Assembly (NCBI GenBank): GCA_007375785.1
Contig: VMEY01000006.1
Coordinates: 1 to 31,749, forward strand
DNA length: 31,749 nt
Reading direction: 5' to 3'
Source of the DNA: Parcubacteria group bacterium Athens0416_74
GTDB taxonomy: Bacteria > Patescibacteriota > Minisyncoccia > Phycocordibacterales > UBA2100
A program made the position numbers and the translations under genes. Every line of letters begins with the position of its first letter. The first letter of the stretch is position 1. A model generated the notes under the pieces. That model ran no database searches and was not told the origin of the DNA. It saw only the letters and a program-made list of their open reading frames with translations. Shown in pieces: positions 1-8,117 of this stretch.

Positions 1-110
1 AGCTTCTTCACTACCTCACCGCGGGACATAGGACCCTTTCCAATAACCTCTTCGAGGTCCGCAGAAAGCTGCATTGGCTTCAAGAGTGCCGGATTCGCTT
101 TTCTTACCAT
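1..110 (-). CDS. SWIB/MDM2-domain protein, 5' part (runs off the window start)
   Basis: Manual translation from ATG at 110: MVRKANPALLKPMQLSADLEEVIGKGPMSRGEVVKKL. This matches the bacterial SWIB pattern (KP..LS..L..V.G..P..R.EV.KKLW). Not in the ORF track because it is truncated. Confidence 0.85.
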   Translation of the reverse strand, partial: MVRKANPALLKPMQLSADLEEVIGKGPMSRGEVVKK

Positions 111-300
111 AAGTAATGTATGTATATATCTACACTTTTATAATGTCTGCTTCGACAGGCAAAGTATATACCAGATGCCATTTATTGTCCGCAAGGCACC
201 AGGGCGGCCTGTGGGCGCGGACTAGACCACAACAATAGCTCTCTAACAATGGGCACTATGGAACTGGGGATGCAATCTCGCGCACGAGACCCATTGCCAC

Positions 301-741
301 ATGGTACGGTTGAGTGGAATCGATAGGAATACCGCAATGCACATGCACACTGAAGATCTTGACTCCCCAATCGCACGTATCAAGGGCATGCACGTACTCG
401 TGGTCGACGACAATATCCAGGCGGCGGATTCGCTGGCTATGCTCCTGAGCAAAGTTGGGGCGCCTGCCGGCGCACTGTACTCGGGCGAAGAGGTTCTCTC
501 TCACGACCTCAGTTCAAACCAAATTCTCCTCGTCGACGTAAGCATGCCGCATATCGACGGGCATCGGGTAGTACAAACGCTGCGCGAACGCGGCGTCACC
601 GTACCTATCATTGCACTCACCGGACACAGCATGCCTGAGGATGTGCAGGCAGCCATGGATGCCGGCTACAGCGCGCATCTCACCAAACCCATAGGTCTCA
701 AGGAACTCACCGAGGCGATTGTCGCTCTCACGCAAACATAA
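301..741 (+). CDS. Stand-alone CheY-like receiver domain protein
   Basis: VLVVDD acidic pocket, phospho-acceptor in LLVDVSMP, ALTG and HLTKP motifs, no output domain. The true start may be a later ATG (MHMHTED). Confidence 0.9.
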   Translation: MVRLSGIDRNTAMHMHTEDLDSPIARIKGMHVLVVDDNIQAADSLAMLLSKVGAPAGALYSGEEVLSHDLSSNQILLVDVSMPHIDGHRVVQTLRERGVTVPIIALTGHSMPEDVQAAMDAGYSAHLTKPIGLKELTEAIVALTQT

Positions 742-750
742 GGCTCGCAC

Positions 751-777
751 AAAAAACGGACCTTTCGGTCCGTTTTT
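751..777. terminator. Bidirectional intrinsic terminator
   Basis: AAAAACGGACC-TTTC-GGTCCGTTTTT is a perfect 11-bp inverted repeat including the A/T tracts, lying between two convergent genes. Confidence 0.9.
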
Positions 778-794
778 CTTACCACAGAGAGAAA

Positions 795-1892
795 CTACTC
801 TGCGCGTCGGAGCAGCATTGCGCCGCTAAGCGCGAGAAGTGCTGTCAGCAGAAGCATACCGAGGGTCATGGAAGCACCTCCTCCGAGACCTGTATTCGGC
901 ACGCCAGGCGTAGTCGGCTCACCCGTCGTATCTTCACCGGCGGAATCGACAGAGGTCACAATGACCGTGCCGTTCGTTGACGCAGGAAGACCGTTAGGAC
1001 CAAAGCCGATAGAAGCCGTGGGTGTAATCGATGCGCCGGACGACGCGTTGGTCGCTGAGAATGCGCTCGGCGTTATGGCCAGCGAGAACGTACCGCCGAC
1101 CGGGGTGCTCGCTGATACATCGCACGCGAGTGAGAGTGTCGCCGATGTTCCACTACTCAAGATGAGGGGTGACGAAAGTGAGAATGTCTGCGAACCTCCA
1201 CTTGGGTTAAGTGGGTTTGACATGTACAGCCCATTCACAATTGCCTGACGAATGCGGCAATTACTCAGGTTGCCTGCCTGCGCACCGCTACCGAAGCCGA
1301 TAGATACCGGGATGGCTGTCACAGACACGGGGACCGTCGAATGCGAAGCGTCAAGCATGATGTTGGCAATCGCCACGTCAGTCGAGCCAGCCGGGACACT
1401 CGGCGCGGAGTTGAAGTTCACTTGCATGCCGGGTGCAAACGGGACTGTGCCCGCGGATGCGAGGAAGACTGTTCCCGATGGAGTGTTCGAGGCAATATCG
1501 CAGCGCATGTACAGCGCTACGCTGCCGGATCCTACAGGCACATTGAGCGGCGAGTTGAACACAAACGTGTTCGAGCCCGAGACCGGGTTGATACTACCGG
1601 TGAGGGCAACGCCGGTGGTATTTACAAGACGGCAATTCGTCAGGTTGGAGACGCTGCCGCTACCTGTCGCACCAATCGCTATCGGGAGCGATGTGACGGT
1701 CGCACCGGTCGCAAGGCCGGTGAACTGGACGGTGGCAACTGTAACCCCTGTGCCGGGGGCTAGAGCGGTCGTGACCGGTGTCACAAACACATGCACATCT
1801 CCGTACTGGACGACCGTCTGCGCGGACGCCATGCCCGCTGTCATGAAGAGTCCTGTGACTATGGCAGGAATGATCAATTTATTGATGTTCAT
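795..1892 (-). CDS. Secreted beta-rich surface protein with two tandem repeat domains and a C-terminal LPXTG-like (VPNTG) sorting signal
   Basis: Signal peptide MNINKLIIPAIVTGLFMTAGMASA (start 1892 preferred over 1955). Two homologous domains (LPIAIGATGSGSVSNLTNCRL vs IPVSIGFGSGAQAGNLSNCRI), a T/P-rich linker, then VPNTG, a hydrophobic helix and an RR tail. Confidence 0.8.
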   Translation of the reverse strand: MNINKLIIPAIVTGLFMTAGMASAQTVVQYGDVHVFVTPVTTALAPGTGVTVATVQFTGLATGATVTSLPIAIGATGSGSVSNLTNCRLVNTTGVALTGSINPVSGSNTFVFNSPLNVPVGSGSVALYMRCDIASNTPSGTVFLASAGTVPFAPGMQVNFNSAPSVPAGSTDVAIANIMLDASHSTVPVSVTAIPVSIGFGSGAQAGNLSNCRIRQAIVNGLYMSNPLNPSGGSQTFSLSSPLILSSGTSATLSLACDVSASTPVGGTFSLAITPSAFSATNASSGASITPTASIGFGPNGLPASTNGTVIVTSVDSAGEDTTGEPTTPGVPNTGLGGGASMTLGMLLLTALLALSGAMLLRRAE

Positions 1893-1979
1893 AATTACAT
1901 TTCTAATGGATAAAGACTTACTAATGCACACGAGAGTGCCCGCGTGTACGTACATAAGACACTTTCACTCATTAAGAGC

Positions 1980-2014
1980 CCATGAAGAGATTTCATGAAG
2001 CTTGCGGTCATGAA
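1980..2014. promoter_or_regulatory. Three CATGAA repeats, candidate transcription-factor site
   Basis: CATGAA at 1981, 1994 and 2009, upstream of the VPNTG gene. Similar repeats occur at 3553-3582. Confidence 0.35.
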
Positions 2015-2015
2015 T

Positions 2016-2059
2016 AGAAAAAGAAACCGACGCGGCACATCGAAGTGTCGCGTCGTTTT
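2016..2059 (-). terminator. Intrinsic terminator of the deaminase-fold gene (probably bidirectional)
   Basis: 11-bp stem CGACGCGGCAC/GTGTCGCGTCG (2028-2055). It is followed on the - strand by GTTTCTTTTTCT and on the + strand by TTTT. Confidence 0.8.
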
Positions 2060-2065
2060 GAGAAA

Positions 2066-2674
2066 TCACCATTTCTCACCGTGAGCAGTCATCATGCGCG
2101 GGATCGTCTCCACATACCGAACTTGGCTGTGCGGTTTTGCAGTAACGATGAGTGTCCGCTGCCGGAGCATATGCCGATTGCATTCGCTGCGGAGCATGTC
2201 TCGACACTCCGCGCACGGATCCAATGTCTTGCGAAGCTTACCGCTCCGTCCGTCAGGCTGATTCTCCCCGACGACGGCGAGTCCGCCGATGCACGTACAG
2301 TGCATGTCCTTCGCGGCACGTAAAATTCGCATCTCCGCGCAGAACTTGGTCGCCTTCTTCGACGGCTTGGTGTTGCTCGCCGCAAAGACCCACCACTCGT
2401 ACGGCGATTTGGCATTCCCGCTCAACACGAGTCCGACGCCGACGCCGCCTACGTAGAAACGTCGGTAGTTGATGAGGCTATTGCGGCCAGTAGTGAGCCG
2501 CGCTTCGTCCTCTTCTTTCGCGAGCTCGCGCATGCGCTGCGCGACGCCTATAGCCGCATCTTGCACAGCACGCTCGCCGAGAGCCCGAAGTGCGTCTTCA
2601 GGACGCGGCTTCGGTGCGAGCTTGAACAGTGCGTCCAAAACCGGCGCTTCCACCAGTCCTTGAGCAACTATCAC
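2066..2674 (-). CDS. Cytidine-deaminase-superfamily Zn protein with an N-terminal extension
   Basis: CAE (FCAEMR) and PCxxC (DPCAECR) Zn motifs. NYRRFYVGG corresponds to PYSxFxVGA of homotetrameric CDA. GTG start with GGAGG 6 nt upstream. Confidence 0.75.
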   Translation of the reverse strand: MIVAQGLVEAPVLDALFKLAPKPRPEDALRALGERAVQDAAIGVAQRMRELAKEEDEARLTTGRNSLINYRRFYVGGVGVGLVLSGNAKSPYEWWVFAASNTKPSKKATKFCAEMRILRAAKDMHCTCIGGLAVVGENQPDGRSGKLRKTLDPCAECRDMLRSECNRHMLRQRTLIVTAKPHSQVRYVETIPRMMTAHGEKW

Positions 2675-2702
2675 GTCTGACCTCCATAGTTTTTCGGATT
2701 TT

Positions 2703-2731
2703 ATTCTACATCTTCGGAGTTACTCTGTCAA
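2703..2731 (-). promoter_or_regulatory. Sigma70-type promoter of the deaminase-fold gene
   Basis: On the - strand: TTGACA-17 nt-TAGAAT, upstream of the GGAGG SD at 2681-2685. Confidence 0.75.
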
Positions 2732-2800
2732 CCTCACGCAATATTTTCATCAGTGATTCATGCTGTGTTCTATAGAGTGATGTACAGCGAATGCTCATTG

Positions 2801-2839
2801 CGGGGCCGCCCCGACTTTTGTGTCGGGGCACAATGCCCC
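2801..2839. repeat. Nested GC-rich palindromes with a CGGGGC direct repeat
   Basis: GCCCCGAC-TTTTGT-GTCGGGGC (2808-2829) overlaps GGGGCA-CAA-TGCCCC (2825-2839). CGGGGC occurs at 2801-2806 and 2824-2829. Confidence 0.7.
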
Positions 2840-2936
2840 TTTATCAGTAATGCATGCCGATTACTCGATGAATACGTTCACCATGTCATACGAATCCGAA
2901 CGCTCGTACATTGAGCGCGAGATACAGATCATGTAA

Positions 2937-2976
2937 GCCGGGGAGGCTGCAGTGCCGAGCACGCAGCCTCCCCGGC
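2937..2976. repeat. Long hairpin (14 bp + 4 bp) without a U-tract
   Basis: GCCGGGGAGGCTGC-A-GTGC-CGA-GCAC-GCAGCCTCCCCGGC has a perfect 14-bp outer stem and lies 22 nt downstream of the tagD-like stop. Confidence 0.8.
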
Positions 2977-2998
2977 GTATGATGCGCTCACCTATTAT

Positions 2999-3454
2999 TT
3001 ATTGACCGCCGGCCTCTTCGCGCTTGAGTTTCTCCGCTTCGTAGATGCGCTCACGCAATGCGGTTGTCGAAAAACTGTGACCGCGTGAGTTGAAGTACAT
3101 CTCGATGGGCAAATCATGACCCGTGTACTCCTTACCTTTCCAGTCTGCGCCGATAATACGGATGTCCGGCTTGAGTTTGACCAGAAGATCGTAGAGCTCT
3201 TGCTCCGAGTTGTACACCACTATCTCATCGACGTACTTCACACTCTCAAGAATAATGCGCCGCTCTTCGAGCGACATGATGGGTTTGTTCTTCTTTTTGC
3301 CGCGATAGTCCGAAGGCGTGTGCGAAGGGTCCTCCTGAAGCGCAACGATGAGGTAATCACACACTTCTTTCGCCTCTTTAAAGACGAGCATGTGGCCCGC
3401 ATGACAGAGATCGAACGCGCCCGCCGTAAACCCGACTTTCTTCCCGTCCTTCAT
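2999..3454 (-). CDS. tagD: Glycerol-3-phosphate cytidylyltransferase-like protein (HxGH nucleotidyltransferase)
   Basis: GFTAGAFDLCHAGH, KPIMSLEER, VKYVDEI, IIGADW and FSTTALRERI motifs. The exact substrate is uncertain. Confidence 0.75.
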   Translation of the reverse strand: MKDGKKVGFTAGAFDLCHAGHMLVFKEAKEVCDYLIVALQEDPSHTPSDYRGKKKNKPIMSLEERRIILESVKYVDEIVVYNSEQELYDLLVKLKPDIRIIGADWKGKEYTGHDLPIEMYFNSRGHSFSTTALRERIYEAEKLKREEAGGQ

Positions 3455-3552
3455 GGCGCTCAGAATACCATGGCCTCATGCATAGAAGTCGATATTTCGC
3501 TGCGTCGCAATACAACACATTTTGTTGAGTAACAAAAGCCCCTTGCGATCGT

Positions 3553-3582
3553 CTTCATAAAGAACATCATGAAGAATTCATA
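3553..3582 (+). promoter_or_regulatory. Direct repeats TCAT(A/G)AAGAA upstream of the response regulator, candidate autoregulatory site
   Basis: TCATAAAGAA (3555), TCATGAAGAA (3567) and TCATA (3578), with a period of 11-12 nt. Confidence 0.4.
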
Positions 3583-3632
3583 CTACTTAGGGTACTGTGT
3601 ATCGAGGGCTTAGCAGCTAGAGAAATCAACCT

Positions 3633-4307
3633 ATGAAAATACTACTCGTCGAAGATGAGCAGAAGCTCGCGCAAGCGCTCACCAAGGGGCTTAGCCTCGA
3701 GGGCTATACTGTGGACACCATAGCGGACGGCAAGAAGGCCCTCACGCGCATATCACTTCATCGATCGGACTATGATCTCATTATTCTGGATCTCATGCTC
3801 CCCTCCATGGACGGGCACGAGATCTGCAAACAAGCGCGCGAGATGAACATCACCATACCTATTCTCGTACTTACAGCGCGCAATGAGACGGATACGAAGG
3901 TGCAGCTCTTGCTATCCGGCGCAGACGACTATCTCGTAAAGCCGTTTTCGTTTGCCGAACTCGTGGCCCGCATCCGTGCGCTCTTGCGCCGTCCCAACGA
4001 GTCGCTTCCGGAAAATCTTACCTTCGCAGATCTCGAACTCAATCCTGCTCAGAGACGAGTCTTGCGCGATGGCAAAGAGATTCCGCTCACACTCAAAGAG
4101 TTCGGCTTGCTAGAATACTTTATGAGACACCCAAACCAGGTCGTAAACAGAGAAGACCTTCTCAATCATCTCTGGGACTTCAATTATGCAGGCTTTAGCA
4201 ACGTAGTGGACGTTCATGTCAAAAACCTTCGACGCAAGCTGGGTGAGGGACACGGTAGAGATATCCTTGAGACAGTCCGGGGAATTGGTTACCGGCTTAC
4301 TGAATAA
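3633..4307 (+). CDS. OmpR/PhoB-family response regulator
   Basis: MKILLVEDE, LDLMLP, GADDYLVKPF, winged-helix LTLKEFGLLEYF, NVVDVHVKNLRRKL, ETVRGIGY. Confidence 0.95.
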   Translation: MKILLVEDEQKLAQALTKGLSLEGYTVDTIADGKKALTRISLHRSDYDLIILDLMLPSMDGHEICKQAREMNITIPILVLTARNETDTKVQLLLSGADDYLVKPFSFAELVARIRALLRRPNESLPENLTFADLELNPAQRRVLRDGKEIPLTLKEFGLLEYFMRHPNQVVNREDLLNHLWDFNYAGFSNVVDVHVKNLRRKLGEGHGRDILETVRGIGYRLTE

Positions 4308-5379
4308 ATACCGACACGATTCCTTCTACCGCACGGAGGTGCACATCATGCTCCTCCATACTGCCTTTGCAGTGGTTATCCTGGGACTCGTCGGCGCATC
4401 ATTCACACTTCTCTACCATGACTTCTCCGCAGCAGTAGCGGAGGGCATAAGTGAAGGACTCGGTAGTGGATCGCCCACGTCTCTCGGCGCTTCGATAGCG
4501 CAGGAGCTCCATCGTGTCAAAACGCAAAACTTGCTCACCATCATAGCCGTCATAATATTGACGACCATACTCTTCGGATACATCATCGCGCGCATCACGC
4601 TCGCTCCCGCACGCAACGCGCTCGCATCTCAAAAACAGTTCATCGGCAACATTGCCCATGAACTGCGCACACCACTCAGCGTCATCAAGACCAACACAGA
4701 GGTCGCACTTCTCGATGCAAATGTGAAGCCCGACATGAAAGAAACGCTCATCTCAAACATCGAGGAGCTCGACCGGATATCGGAAATTATTAACAACCTA
4801 TTGAGTCTATCCGCGCTGGTTCGGCCGGAGCGCATAGAGTTCTCGGCCGTCGACCTCTCCGCTGTAACGACCGACGTTATCCAGAAATTCTCCGCTCTCG
4901 CAAAGCGCGGCGAGCACCAGGTCACGCTTCGAAAAGGCCCCGACACTCAGATATGGGGCAACACCACGGCGCTTCAGCAAATTGTCGGTAATTTACTCAA
5001 AAACGCACTTAGCTACACCCCGCGCGGCGGTCATATCCGCATCACGGTAGAGCCGGCGCCCGATCACCAGGTCGAGCTCCTCGTACAAGATTCCGGAATA
5101 GGCATCGCACGCAAAGACCTCTTCCGTATATTTGAACCCTTCTACCGTGCCGACCCATCGAGAACCAAGGGCCAGCAGGGCGGCACCGGTCTTGGTCTTG
5201 CTATAGTCTCCGAACTCATCAAGTTGCACCAAGGGAAAATCACTATCCGCAGTGCCGTGGGTCGCGGCACGACCGTCGCAATCCTATTCCCGGGCGTACA
5301 CAATCAAAAACAGGTCGGTAACGAGGCTGATTTGCGCGATGGACTCCATGAAATAGCAGTGGACTTCTCAAAGCAGTAG
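4267..5379 (+). CDS. Sensor histidine kinase (HisKA + HATPase)
   Basis: Two TM helices, H-box IAHELRTP, N-box NLLKNA, G1 DSGIGI, FEPFYR and G2 GTGLGL. The start is uncertain: TTG 4267 overlapping the RR end is assumed, ATG 4216 and ATG 4348 are alternatives. Confidence 0.9.
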   Translation: MRQSGELVTGLLNKYRHDSFYRTEVHIMLLHTAFAVVILGLVGASFTLLYHDFSAAVAEGISEGLGSGSPTSLGASIAQELHRVKTQNLLTIIAVIILTTILFGYIIARITLAPARNALASQKQFIGNIAHELRTPLSVIKTNTEVALLDANVKPDMKETLISNIEELDRISEIINNLLSLSALVRPERIEFSAVDLSAVTTDVIQKFSALAKRGEHQVTLRKGPDTQIWGNTTALQQIVGNLLKNALSYTPRGGHIRITVEPAPDHQVELLVQDSGIGIARKDLFRIFEPFYRADPSRTKGQQGGTGLGLAIVSELIKLHQGKITIRSAVGRGTTVAILFPGVHNQKQVGNEADLRDGLHEIAVDFSKQ

Positions 5380-5397
5380 TCGTGATAGGATTCCCTC

Positions 5398-5973
5398 ATG
5401 AAAACTGCCTTGCTTGCCTCGTATGCCAAGGACGAGCCGCTGCTTCGTCTCGCTACGGCGCTCACTGAGGCCGGATGGTCGCTCATGGGCTCGGCAGGCA
5501 CCGCCAAGTACTTGAAAGAGAGTGGCCTCGTATGCATCGATGTGGCCGACATCGTGGGACCGCCAATTCTCGGTCATCGAGTGGTCACACTCGCTCGCGA
5601 GATATATGCAGGCCTGCTTGCAACCGAAGCCGACAGGGCCGAGTTGGAAACTTCCCGCATGCGATGGATTGACCTCGTGTATGTGACTCTCTACCCTCTC
5701 GAAGCCACTATCGCCGACCCTGCATCGACGCCCGATGATGTGCTCGAGAAAACCGATATTGGCGGCCCGACACTCCTGCGCGCTGCAGCAAAAGGCAGAC
5801 GCCTCACTCTTTCAGACCCATCGCACATTGATCTTCTTGAAGCATGGCTAAACGCCGGAAGCCCGGAGTCTGAGCACGAGAGCCTCGTTACAAAGCTCGC
5901 GGCGGCCGCAGAGCGCCGAGTTGCTTCATATGTGGCCGCATCTGCGGATTACTGGGAGAGTCGTGTCAAATAA
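5398..5973 (+). CDS. purH: IMP cyclohydrolase (MGS-like) domain of PurH only, no AICAR transformylase domain
   Basis: GSAGTAKYL, GHRVVTL, IDLVYVTLYP and DIGGPTLLRAAAK are PurH N-domain motifs. The ORF stops at 191 aa and the next gene starts 5 nt later. Confidence 0.8.
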   Translation: MKTALLASYAKDEPLLRLATALTEAGWSLMGSAGTAKYLKESGLVCIDVADIVGPPILGHRVVTLAREIYAGLLATEADRAELETSRMRWIDLVYVTLYPLEATIADPASTPDDVLEKTDIGGPTLLRAAAKGRRLTLSDPSHIDLLEAWLNAGSPESEHESLVTKLAAAAERRVASYVAASADYWESRVK

Positions 5974-5978
5974 ATCGC

Positions 5979-7332
5979 ATGGCAAATCTGGAGCGGACAA
6001 TGTTTAGAGAGTATGACATTCGAGGTCGCGAAAGCGATACAGAACTCAACGAAACATCGATTTGGCATATCGCGAAAGGATTTGCCCGACTCCTAAACGA
6101 CGCGGGCATTGACTCGGTCATACTCGGCAATGATGCGAGAGGCACATCGGAAGCATTTTCTCGCAGTGCTCTGCAGGCGCTTAGAGAGTCGGGAATACAC
6201 GTCGTCAACATTGGTACCGTGACGACTCCCATGAGTTACTGGGCACAGTATCACCTGAACGTCGCGGGACTCTGCATGATTACCGCGAGTCACAATCCAA
6301 CCGGCTGGAACGGACTCAAACTCGGTACCGGACTATCCAAGACGCTCTTACCGGAAGATATAGAGCGACTCTATAAAATTATCTCCAGCGAGGAATACAT
6401 CGACGGTGACGGCGAAGTGCGGGCTGAAGATATAGGGGCGCAGTACGCGCAAGACTTGATTTCACGGACGAACAGCGCCAGGCCTCTTAAAGTTCTCGTG
6501 AATACCGGCAATGGCACTGCGGGCCTCTTCGTTCCGACTCTGTTGCGTTCAGCCGGATATCAAGTCATCGAACACTACACAGACGTAGATACCAGCTACC
6601 CGCACTACACGGCAAATCCCGACGGCACCGCGATGATGGAAGATACGGGGGCACAGACCGTGGCAAATCATTGCGACATTGGGCTCGCGTTCGACGGAGA
6701 TGGCGACAGACTCGGGGTCGTCGACGAGAAAGGGTCCATCATATGGCCCGATAGGTACATGGCCCTGCTGTCTCGTCTCGTCCTCGCCAAGACGCCCGGC
6801 GCAAAAATCGTGTTTGACGTCAAAGTATCTGAAGCGCTTCCCGAAGATATCGCGGCGCACGGCGGTGTGCCCATTATGTGCAAGACCGGGCACTCGTATA
6901 TCAAATCGAAGCTGCAGGAAGAGCGTGCCGCTCTCGCAGGTGAAATGAGCGGGCATATTTTCTTCGCGGACGGATACTACGGATTCGATGATGCAAGCTT
7001 CGCCGCTCTGAAATTACTCGAGTACCTATCCGGACAGAGCATGAGCCTCTCACAACTCATCGCCGACACACCCACATATATCTCGACGCCGACTATTCAG
7101 GTGCAGACTACCGACGAGGCGAAGTACGAAATCGTGCGCGACATTGTGGCGCAATTTAAGTCTGAGGGACGCCGAAGAAGGTTGGGGCCTAGTTCGTGCG
7201 TCGTCTAATACGCCAACGCTCGTACTGCGATTCGAAGCAAAAACCGAGGAGTCCCTTGAGGCCATCCGGCAGATATTCAAGGCGAAACTCGCGCCGTACG
7301 GACTCACTGATTGGGATTCTTCCGGTCGATAA
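5979..7332 (+). pseudogene. Phosphomannomutase/phosphoglucomutase (alpha-D-phosphohexomutase), frameshifted near 7170
   Basis: FREYDIRG, ITASHNP and FDGDGDR motifs lie in ORF 5979-7208. The C-terminal GWGLVRASSNTPTLVLRFEA lies in another frame (ORF 7144-7332). The intervening DGxRV strand is absent. Confidence 0.85.
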
Positions 7333-7357
7333 GGCGAGTGTGATACACTACCTCACC

Positions 7358-8116
7358 ATGAACGCACTCACCGTAAAAGACGTCACGAAGACCTACGCTA
7401 CCGGCACACAGGCGCTGAAGGGTGTGTCGTTTGAGGTGCCCGAGGGCGACTTCTTTGCGCTTCTCGGTCCCAATGGCGCCGGCAAGACCACTATAATCGG
7501 TGTCGTAACCGGGCTCGTAAACAAGACCAGCGGGTCCGTCTCCGTATTTGAATACAACACAGATAAGGACACTGAATTGGCCAAGGCACAAATCGGTCTT
7601 GTCGGGCAAGAAGTCAACTTCAATCCGTTTGAAAAGCCGTTTGATATCGTCGTGAACCAGGGCGGATACTACGGAATCCCCCGTTCAAAAGCGATGCCGC
7701 GAGCGAAACAGCTGCTTGAGGACCTGGGTCTCGGCGAGAAAATGTACCAGAGTGCCCTCACGCTCTCGGGCGGTATGAAACGCCGCCTCATGATTGCCCG
7801 CGCGCTTATTCATGAGCCGCGCTTTCTTATTCTCGACGAGCCTACCGCGGGAGTCGATGTGGAGCTTCGCCGCGGTATGTGGGACTATCTCCGCAAGCTT
7901 ACAAAAGATGGTGTGACGATTCTGCTGACCACGCACTACCTTGAGGAATCAGAGCAGCTTTCGAAGCACGTCGCCATTATCAACAAGGGCCAGATAGTCG
8001 CGAGTGGAACGATGGATGAGATTCTCGCGATGCACGACGATAAAGAGGCCGCAAAAGATGGATATCGTGGCGGCAGGCTCGAGGAAGTATTCATCAAGCT
8101 CACAAGTGAAAAATAG
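7358..8116 (+). CDS. ABC-2 type exporter ATP-binding subunit (YadG-like)
   Basis: GPNGAGKTT, LSGGMKRR, ILDEPT and H-loop TTHY. Start ATG 7358 follows TGA-TACACT by 8 nt. Confidence 0.92.
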   Translation: MNALTVKDVTKTYATGTQALKGVSFEVPEGDFFALLGPNGAGKTTIIGVVTGLVNKTSGSVSVFEYNTDKDTELAKAQIGLVGQEVNFNPFEKPFDIVVNQGGYYGIPRSKAMPRAKQLLEDLGLGEKMYQSALTLSGGMKRRLMIARALIHEPRFLILDEPTAGVDVELRRGMWDYLRKLTKDGVTILLTTHYLEESEQLSKHVAIINKGQIVASGTMDEILAMHDDKEAAKDGYRGGRLEEVFIKLTSEK

Positions 8117-8117
8117 T

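Noticed and set aside
1252-1998. 248-aa + strand ORF, and other long antisense ORFs (10797-11507, 13067-13726, 18295-18969, 29453-30073, 23239-23817)
   Set aside because: They lie opposite well-supported genes, have no motifs, and are expected shadows in GC-rich coding DNA.
4216-4347. Long RR/HK overlap (ATG 4216) as a dual-coding system
   Set aside because: The start is ambiguous (TTG 4267 or ATG 4348 are possible) and short overlaps are common in two-component operons.
7160-7200. Programmed ribosomal frameshift in PMM or purB
   Set aside because: No slippery heptamer, and conserved residues are physically missing, so a frame change would not rebuild the proteins.
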